Of a stretch of DNA of 64,000 nt, positions 1-9,500 are shown in pieces. A program made the translations under genes and the position numbers. The notes beneath the pieces were generated by a model, which was not told where the DNA came from, did not search any database, and was given only the letters and a program-made list of their open reading frames with translations. The DNA is from Auanema rhodensis (Eukaryota > Animalia > Nematoda). The stretch is taken from the NCBI GenBank assembly GCA_964057225.1, contig OZ059898.1, forward strand, positions 3,534,001 through 3,598,000. The letters are read 5' to 3'. Every line of letters begins with the position of its first letter. Position 1 is the first letter of the stretch.

Positions 1-33
1 GTTTCTCAATGTAGTAGAGTGCATTCGATGCGG

Positions 34-84
34 ATTTTTAAGCTGCGTCGATCTGTGTTATCAGATTTGCGCTAGCTTAAAAAT
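34..84. repeat. Intra-monomer inverted repeat A (repeated at the same monomer position throughout the array)
   Basis: ATTTTTAAGCT (34-44) pairs with AGCTTAAAAAT (74-84), 11 bp perfect. Inner pairs are GCG/CGC (45-47/70-72) and ATCTG/CAGAT (51-55/62-66) around a 6-nt loop. Confidence 0.95.
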
Positions 85-88
85 GCAC

Positions 89-127
89 CGAGAAATCAAC
101 TGATATAAGTTCACACTTATATCCTCG
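89..127. repeat. Intra-monomer inverted repeat B
   Basis: GATATAAGT (102-110), TCAC loop, ACTTATATC (115-123): 9 bp perfect. Outer pair is CGAG (89-92)/CTCG (124-127). Confidence 0.93.
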
Positions 128-197
128 ATTTTCACCCTGAAGAAATAATTTTTTCGTTGAATAACATTGTCCATCGTCTTTGCCTTGAAAAAAGGAA

Positions 198-269
198 TCT
201 AAAAACATCTACTTTTTGCTAAATTATTTTGAAATTTTTCGAAAAAATTTTTGTCAAAATGTTTTTGGA
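198..269. repeat. Intra-monomer nested dyad C centred on the palindrome TTTTTCGAAAAA
   Basis: 12-bp palindrome at 235-246. ATTTTGA (226-232) pairs with TCAAAAT (254-260). TCTAAAAACAT (198-208) pairs with ATGTTTTTGGA (259-269) with one G-T. Confidence 0.85.
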
Positions 270-624
270 AGCAATATTGAGTGTACATGGAAACTCAACA
301 TACACTAATGCATCATTTTTCAAACGATCATAACTAATTTGTGTATTAAGCGTTTCTCAATGTAGTATAGTGCATTTGATGCGGATTTTTAAGCTGCGTC
401 GATCTGTGTGATCAGATTTACGCTAGCTTAAAAATGCACCGAGATATCAACTGATATAAGTTCACACTTATATCCTCTATTTTCACCCTAAAGAATTAAT
501 TTTTTCGTTGAATAACATTGTCTATCGTCTTTGCCTTGAAAAATGGAATCTAAAAACATCTACTTTTTGCTAAATTCTTTTGAAATTTTTTGAAAAAATT
601 TTTGTCAAAATGTTTTTGGAAGCA

Positions 625-652
625 ATGTTGAGTGTACATGGAAACTCAACAT
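625..652. repeat. Intra-monomer inverted repeat D (monomer positions 274-301; perfect in the G276 allele)
   Basis: ATGTTGAGT (625-633) pairs with ACTCAACAT (644-652) around a 10-nt loop. Confidence 0.9.
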
Positions 653-3600
653 ACACTAATGCATCATTTTTCAAACGATCATAACTAATTTTTGTATCAA
701 GCGTTTCTCAATGTAGTATAGTGCATTCGATGCGGATTTTTAAGCTGCGTCGATCTGTGTTATCAGATTTGCGCTAGCTTAAAAATGCACCGAGATATCA
801 ACTGATATAAGTTCACACTTATATCCTCGATTTTCACCCTGAAGAAATAATTTTTTCGTTGAATAACATTGTCCATCGTCTTTGCCTTGAAAAAAGGAAT
901 CTAAAAAATCTACTTTTTGCTAAATTATTTTGAAATTTTTCGAAAAAATTTTTGTCAAAATGTTTTTGGAAGCAATGTTGAGTGTACATGGAAACTCAAC
1001 ATACACTAATGCATCATTTTTCAAACGATCATAACTAATTTTTGTATCAAGCGTTTCTCAATGTAGTAGAGTGCATTCGATGCGGATTTTTAAGCTGCGT
1101 CGATCTGTGTTATCAGATTTGCGCTAGCTTAAAAATGCACCGAGATATCAACTGATATAAGTTCACACTTATATCCTCGATTTTCACCCTGAAGAAATAA
1201 TTTTTTCGTTGAATAACATTGTCCATCGTCTTTTGCTTTGAAAAATGGAATCTAAAAACATCTACTTTTTGCTAAATTCTTTTGAAATTTTTCGAAAAAA
1301 GTTTTGTCAAAATGTTTTTGGAAGCAATGTTGAGTGTACATGGAAACTCAACATACACTAATGCATCATTTTTCAAACGATCATAACTAATTTTTGTATC
1401 AAGCGTTTCTCAATGTAGTATAGTGCATTCGATGCGGATTTTTAAGCTGCGTCGATCTGTGTTATCAGATTTGCGCTAGCTTAAAAATGCACCGAGAAAT
1501 CAACTGATATAGGTTCACACTTATATCCTCGATTTTATCCCTGAAGAAATAATTTTTTCGTTGAATAACATTGTCCATCGTCTTTGCCTTAAAAAAAGGA
1601 ATCTAAAAACATCTACTTTTTGCTAAATTATTTTGAAATTTTTCGAAAAAATTTTTGTCAAAATGTTTTTGGAAGCAATATTGAGTGTACATGGAAACTC
1701 AACATACACTAATGCATCATTTTTCAAACGATCATAGCTAATTTTTGTATCAAGCGTTTCTCAATGTAGTATAGTGCATTCGATGCGGATTTTTAAGCTG
1801 CGTCGATCTGTGTTATCAGATTTGCGCTAGCTTAAAAATGCACCGAGATATCAACTGATATAAGTTCACACTTATATCCTCGATTTTCACCCTGAAGAAA
1901 TAATTTTTTCGTTGAATAACATTGTCCATCGTCTTTGCCTTGAAAAATGGAATCTAAAAACATCTACTTTTTGCTAAATTCTTTTGAAATTTTTCGAAAA
2001 AATTTTTGTCAAAATGTTTTTGGAAGCAATGTTGAGTGTACATGGAAACTCAACATACACTAATGCATCATTTTTCAAACGATCATAACTAATTTTTGTA
2101 TCAAGCGTTTCTCAATGTAGTATAGTGCATTCGATGCGAATTTTTAAGCTGCGTCGATCTGTGTTATCAGATTTGCGCTAGCTTAAAAATGCACCGAGAA
2201 ATCAACTGATATAGGTTCACACTTATATCCTCGATTTTCACCCTGAAGAAATATTTTTTTCGTTGAATAACATTGTCTATCGTCTTTGCCTTGAAAAATG
2301 GAATCTAAAAACATCTACTTTTCGCTAAATTCTTTTGAAATTTTTCGAAAAAATTTTTGTCAAAATGTTTTTGGAAGCAATATTGAGTGTGCATGGAAAC
2401 TCAACATACACTAATGCATCATTTTTCAAACGATCATAACTAATTTTTGTATTAAGCGTTTCTCAATGTAGTAGAGTGCATTCGATGCGGATTTTTAAGC
2501 TGCGTCGATCTGTGTTATCAGATTTGCGCTAGCTTAAAAATGCACCGAGAAATCAACTGATATAAGTTCACACTTATATCCTCGATTTTCACCCTGAAGA
2601 AATAATTTTTTCGTTGAATAACATTGTCCATCGTCTTTGCCTTGAAAAAAGGAATCTAAAAACATCTACTTTTTGCTAAATTATTTTGAAATTTTTCGAA
2701 AAAATTTTTGTCAAAATGTTTTTGGAAGCAATATTGAGTGTACATGGAAACTCAACATACACTAATGCATCATTTTTCAAACGATCATAACTAATTTGTG
2801 TATTAAGCGTTTCTCAATGTAGTATAGTGCATTTGATGCGGATTTTTAAGCTGCGTCGATCTGTGTGATCAGATTTACGCTAGCTTAAAAATGCACCGAG
2901 ATATCAACTGATATAAGTTCACACTTATATCCTCTATTTTCACCCTAAAGAATTAATTTTTTCGTTGAATAACATTGTCTATCGTCTTTGCCTTGAAAAA
3001 TGGAATCTAAAAACATCTACTTTTTGCTAAATTCTTTTGAAATTTTTTGAAAAAATTTTTGTCAAAATGTTTTTGGAAGCAATGTTGAGTGTACATGGAA
3101 ACTCAACATACACTAATGCATCATTTTTCAAACGATCATAACTAATTTTTGTATCAAGCGTTTCTCAATGTAGTAATGTGCATTCGATGCGGATTTTTAA
3201 GCTGCGTCGATCTGTGTTATCAGATTTGCGCTAGCTTAAAAATGCACCGAGATATCAACTGATATAAGTTCACACTTATATCCTCGATTTTCACCCTGAA
3301 GAAATAATTTTTTCGTTGAATAACATTGTCCATCGTCTTTGCCTTGAAAAAAGGAATCTAAAAAATCTACTTTTTGCTAAATTATTTTGAAATTTTTCGA
3401 AAAAATTTTTGTCAAAATGTTTTTGGAAGCAATGTTGAGTGTACATGGAAACTCAACATACACTAATGCATCATTTTTCAAACGATCATAACTAATTTTT
3501 GTATCAAGCGTTTCTCAATGTAGTATAGTGCATTCGATGCGGAATTTTAAGCTGCGTCGATCTGTGTTATCAGATTTGCGCTAGCTTAAAAATGCACCGA

Positions 3601-6599
3601 GATATCAACTGATATAAGTTCACACTTATATCCTCGATTTTCACCCTGAAGAAATAATTTTTTCGTTGAATAACATTGTCCATCGTCTTTGCCTTGAAAA
3701 AAGGAATCTAAAAACATCTACTTTTTGCTAAATTATTTTGAAATTTTTCGAAAAAATTTTTGTCAAAATGTTTTTGGAAGCAATATTGAGTGTACATGGA
3801 AACTCAACATACACTAATGCATCATTTTTCAAACGATCATAACTAATTTGTGTATTAAGCGTTTCTCAATGTAGTATAGTGCATTTGATGCGGATTTTTA
3901 AGCTGCGTCGATCTGTGTGATCAGATTTACGCTAGCTTAAAAATGCACCGAGATATCAACTGATATAAGTTCACACTTATATCCTCTATTTTCACCCTAA
4001 AGAATTAATTTTTTCGTTGAATAACATTGTCTATCGTCTTTGCCTTGAAAAATGGAATCTAAAAACATCTACTTTTTGCTAAATTCTTTTGAAATTTTTT
4101 GAAAAAATTTTTGTCAAAATGTTTTTGGAAGCAATGTTGAGTGTACATGGAAACTCAACATACACTAATGCATCATTTTTCAAACGATCATAACTAATTT
4201 TTGTATCAAGCGTTTCTCAATGTAGTATAGTGCATTCGATGCGGATTTTTAAGCTGCGTCGATCTGTGTTATCAGATTTGCGCTAGCTTAAAAATGCACC
4301 GAGATATCAACTGATATAAGTTCACACTTATATCCTCGATTTTCACCCTGAAGAAATAATTTTTTCGTTGAATAACATTGTCCATCGTCTTTGCCTTGAA
4401 AAAAGGAATCTAAAAAATCTACTTTTTGCTAAATTATTTTGAAATTTTTCGAAAAAATTTTTGTCAAAATGTTTTTGGAAGCAATGTTGAGTGTACATGG
4501 AAACTCAACATACACTAATGCATCATTTTTCAAACGATCATAACTAATTTTTGTATCAAGCGTTTCTCAATGTAGTATAGTGCATTCGATGCGGAATTTT
4601 AAGCTGCGTCGATCTGTGTTATCAGATTTGCGCTAGCTTAAAAATGCACCGAGATATCAACTGATATAAGTTCACACTTATATCCTCGATTTTCACCCTG
4701 AAGAAATAATTTTTTCGTTGAATAACATTGTCCATCGTCTTTGCCTTGAAAAATGGAATCTAAAAACATCTACTTTTTGCTAAATTCTTTTGAAATTTTT
4801 CGAAAAAATTTTTGTCAAAATGTTTTTGGAAGCAATGTTGAGTGTACATGGAAACTCAACATACACTAATGCATCATTTTTCAAACGATCATAACTAATT
4901 TTTGTATCAAGCGTTTCTCAATGTAGTATAGTGCATTCGATGCGGATTTTTAAGCTGCGTCGATCTGTGTTATCAGATTTGCGCTAGCTTAAAAATGCAC
5001 CGAGAAATCAACTGATATAGGTTCACACTTATATCCTCGATTTTCACCCTGAAGAAATAATTTTTTCGTTGAATAACATTGTCCATCGTCTTTGCCTTAA
5101 AAAAAGGAATCTAAAAACATCTACTTTTTGCTAAATTATTTTGAAATTTTTCGAAAAAATTTTTGTCAAAATGTTTTTGGAAGCAATATTGAGTGTACAT
5201 GGAAACTCAACATACACTAATGCATCATTTTTCAAACGATCATAGCTAATTTTTGTATCAAGCGTTTCTCAATGTAGTATAGTGCATTCGATGCGGATTT
5301 TTAAGCTGCGTCGATCTGTGTTATCAGATTTGCGCTAGCTTAAAAATGCACCGAGATATCAACTGATATAAGTTCACACTTATATCCTCGATTTTCACCC
5401 TGAAGAAATAATTTTTTCGTTGAATAACATTGTCCATCGTCTTTGCCTTGAAAAATGGAATCTAAAAACATCTACTTTTTGCTAAATTCTTTTGAAATTT
5501 TTCGAAAAAATTTTTGTCAAAATGTTTTTGGAAGCAATGTTGAGTGTACATGGAAACTCAACATACACTAATGCATCATTTTTCAAACGATCATAACTAA
5601 TTTTTGTATCAAGCGTTTCTCAATGTAGTATAGTGCATTCGATGCGGATTTTTAAGCTGCGTCGATCTGTGTTATCAGATTTGCGCTAGCTTAAAAATGC
5701 ACCGAGATATCAACTGATATAAGTTCACACTTATATCCTCGATTTTCACCCTGAAGAAATAATTTTTTCGTTGAATAACATTGTCCATCGTCTTTGCCTT
5801 GAAAAATGGAATCTAAAAACATCTACTTTTTGCTAAATTCTTTTGAAATTTTTCGAAAAAATTTTTGTCAAAATGTTTTTGGAAGCAATATTGAGTGTGC
5901 ATGGAAACTCAACATACACCAATGCATCATTTTTCAAACGATCATAACTAATTTTTGTATTAAGCGTTTCTCAATGTAGTAGAGTGCATTCGATGCGGAT
6001 TTTTAAGCTGCGTCGATCTGTGTTATCAGATTTGCGCTAGCTTAAAAATGCACCGAGAAATCAACTGATATAAGTTCACACTTATATCCTCGATTTTCAC
6101 CCTGAAGAAATAATTTTTTCGTTGAATAACATTGTCCATCGTCTTTGCCTTGAAAAAAGGAATCTAAAAACATCTACTTTTTGCTAAATTATTTTGAAAT
6201 TTTTCGAAAAAATTTTTGTCAAAATGTTTTTGGAAGCAATATTGAGTGTACATGGAAACTCAACATACACTAATGCATCATTTTTCAAACGATCATAACT
6301 AATTTGTGTATTAAGCGTTTCTCAATGTAGTATAGTGCATTTGATGCGGATTTTTAAGCTGCGTCGATCTGTGTGATCAGATTTACGCTAGCTTAGAAAT
6401 GCACCGAGATATCAACTGATATAAGTTCACACTTATATCCTCGATTTTCACCCTAAAGAATTAATTTTTTCGTTGAATAACATTGTCTATCGTCTTTGCC
6501 TTGAAAAATGGAATCTAAAAACATCTACTTTTTGCTAAATTCTTTTGAAATTTTTTGAAAAAATTTTTGTCAAAATGTTTTTGGAAGCAATGTTGAGTG

Positions 6600-9500
6600 T
6601 ACATGGAAACTCAACATACACTAATGCATCATTTTTCAAACGATCATAACTAATTTTTGTATCAAGCGTTTCTCAATGTAGTATAGTGCATTCAATGCGG
6701 ATTTTTAAGCTGCGTCGATCTGTGTTATCAGATTTGCGCTAGCTTAAAAATGCACCGAGATATCAACTGATATAAGTTCACACTTATATCCTCGATTTTC
6801 ACCCTGAAGAAATAATTTTTTCGTTGAATAACATTGTCCATCGTCTTCGCCTTGAAAAATGGAATCTAAAAACATCTACTTTTTGCTAATTTCTTTTGAA
6901 ATTTTTCGAAAAAATTTTTGTCAAAATGTTTTTGGAAGCAATGTTGAGTGTACATGGAAACTCAACATACACTAATGCATCATTTTTCAAACGATCATAA
7001 CTAATTTTTGTATCAAGCGTTTCTCAATGTAGTATAGTGCATTCGATGCGGATTTTTAAGCTGCGTCGATCTGTGTTATCAGATTTGCGCTAGCTTAAAA
7101 ATGCACCGAGATATCAACTGATATAAGTTCACACTTATATCCTCGATTTTCACCCTAAAGAATTAATTTTTTCGTTGAATAACATTGTCTATCGTCTTTG
7201 CCTTGAAAAATGGAATCTAAAAACATCTACTTTTTGCTAAATTCTTTTGAAATTTTTCGAAAAAATTTTTGTCAAAATGTTTTTGGAAGCAATATTGAGT
7301 GTACATGGAAACTCAACATACACTAATGCATCATTTTTCAAACGATCATAACTAATTTTTGTATCAAGCGTTTCTCAATGTAGTATAGTGCATTCGATGC
7401 GGATTTTTAAGCTGCGTCGATCTGTGTTATCAGATTTGCGCTAGCTTAAAAATGCACCGAGATATCAACTGATATAAGTTCACACTTATATCCTCGATTC
7501 TCACCCTAAAGAATTAATGTTTTCGTTGAATAACATTGTCCATCGTCTTCGCCTTGAAAAATGGAATCTAAAAACATCTACTTTTTGCTAAATTATTTCG
7601 AAATTTTTCGAAAAAATTTTGTCAAAATGTTTTTGGAAGCAATATTGAGTGTACATGGAAACTCAACATACACTAATGCATCATTTTTCAAACGATCATA
7701 ACTAATTTTTGTATCAAGCGTTTCTCAATGTAGTATAGTGCATTCGATGCGGATTTTTAAGCTGCGTCGATCTGTGTTATCAGATTTGCGCTAGCTTAAA
7801 AATGCACCGAGATATCAACTGATATAAGTTCACACTTATATCCTCGATTTTCACCCTAAAGAATTAATTTTTTCGTTGAATAACATTGTCTATCGTCTTT
7901 GCCTTGAAAAATGGAATCTAAAAACATCTACTTTTTGCTAAATTCTTTTGAAATTTTTCGAAAAAATTTTTGTCAAAATGTTTTTGGAAGCAATATTGAG
8001 TGTACATGGAAACTCAACATACACTAATGCATCATTTTTCAAACGATCATAACTAATTTTTGTATCAAGCGTTTCTCAATGTAGTATAGTGCATTCGATG
8101 CGGATTTTTAAGCTGCGTCGATCTGTGTTATCAGATTTGCGCTAGCTTAAAAATGCACCGAGATATCAACTGATATAAGTTCACACTTATATCCTCGATT
8201 CTCACCCTAAAGAATTAATGTTTTCGTTGAATAACATTGTCCATCGTCTTCGCCTTGAAAAATGGAATCTAAAAACATCTACTTTTTGCTAAATTATTTC
8301 GAAATTTTTCGAAAAAATTTTGTCAAAATGTTTTTGGAAGCAATATTGAGTGTACATGGAAACTCAACATACACTAATGCATCATTTTTCAAACGATCAT
8401 AACTAATTTTTGTATCAAGCGTTTCTCAATGTAGTATAGTGCATTCGATGCGGATTTTTAAGCTGCGTCGATCTGTGTTATCAGATTTGCGCTAGCTTAA
8501 AAATGCACCGAGATATCAACTGATATAAGTTCACACTTATATCCTCGATTTTCACCCTGAAGAAATAATTTTTTCGTTGAATAACATTGTCCATCGTCTT
8601 TTGCCTTGAAAAATGGAATCTAAAAACATCTACTTTTTGCTAAATTCTTTTGAAATTTTTCGAAAAAATTTTTGTCAAAATGTTTTTGGAAGCAATGTTG
8701 AGTGTACATGGAAACTCAACATACACTAATGCATCATTTTTCAAACGATCATAACTAATTTTTGTATCAAGCGTTTCTCAATGTAGTATAGTGCATTCAA
8801 TGCGGATTTTTAAGCTGCGTCGATCTGTGTTATCAGATTTGCGCTAGCTTAAAAATGCACCGAGATATCAACTGATATAAGTTCACACTTATATCCTCGA
8901 TTTTCACCCTGAAGAAATAATTTTTTCGTTGAATAACATTGTCCATCGTCTTCGCCTTGAAAAATGGAATCTAAAAACATCTACTTTTTGCTAATTTCTT
9001 TTGAAATTTTTCGAAAAAATTTTTGTCAAAATGTTTTTGGAAGCAATGTTGAGTGTACATGGAAACTCAACATACACTAATGCATCATTTTTCAAACGAT
9101 CATAACTAATTTTTGTATCAAGCGTTTCTCAATGTAGTATAGTGCATTCGATGCGGATTTTTAAGCTGCGTCGATCTGTGTTATCAGATTTGCGCTAGCT
9201 TAAAAATGCACCGAGATATCAACTGATATAAGTTCACACTTATATCCTCGATTTTCACCCTAAAGAATTAATTTTTTCGTTGAATAACATTGTCTATCGT
9301 CTTTGCCTTGAAAAATGGAATCTAAAAACATCTACTTTTTGCTAAATTCTTTTGAAATTTTTCGAAAAAATTTTTGTCAAAATGTTTTTGGAAGCAATAT
9401 TGAGTGTACATGGAAACTCAACATACACTAATGCATCATTTTTCAAACGATCATAACTAATTTTTGTATCAAGCGTTTCTCAATGTAGTATAGTGCATTC

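Larger units (their letters stand above)
1..351 (+). repeat. Representative monomer (arbitrary phase), about 68% AT, with many A4-6/T4-6 tracts
   Basis: Hand count gives 111 G+C in 351 bp. The next copy starts at 352. Confidence 0.98.

Noticed and set aside
45-75. Helitron 3' end (hairpin followed by CTAG) or MITE termini
   Set aside because: The CTAG lies inside the larger stem, and no terminal structure, target-site duplication or flank is available to support a transposon origin.
152-168. CENP-B box-like TTTCGTTGAA
   Set aside because: It matches only the left half of YTTCGTTGGAARCGGGA and lacks the essential CGGG. TTCGATGCGG at 24-33 has the wrong spacing.
137-190. Hammerhead ribozyme core (CTGAAGA ... 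GAAA), as in newt, schistosome and cricket satellites or retrozymes
   Set aside because: I could not build stems I-III around the motif: only 2 bp for stem II and no complement to the upstream TTTTCACC. The core is also mutated to CTAAAGA in many copies. An Infernal/RNAMotif search on a dimer would settle it.
1-351. Monomer as a diverged dimer of about 175-bp subunits
   Set aside because: I saw no convincing direct similarity between the halves by eye. A self dot plot would be needed to exclude ancient similarity.
1-351. 5S rRNA, tRNA, snRNA or spliced-leader tandem gene unit
   Set aside because: No recognisable conserved RNA gene sequence, Pol III A/B/C boxes or cloverleaf on either strand.
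3171-3180. Singleton TA>AT swap (TAGTAATGTG)
   Set aside because: It is seen once and is absent from sister copies of the block, so it cannot be distinguished from a consensus error.
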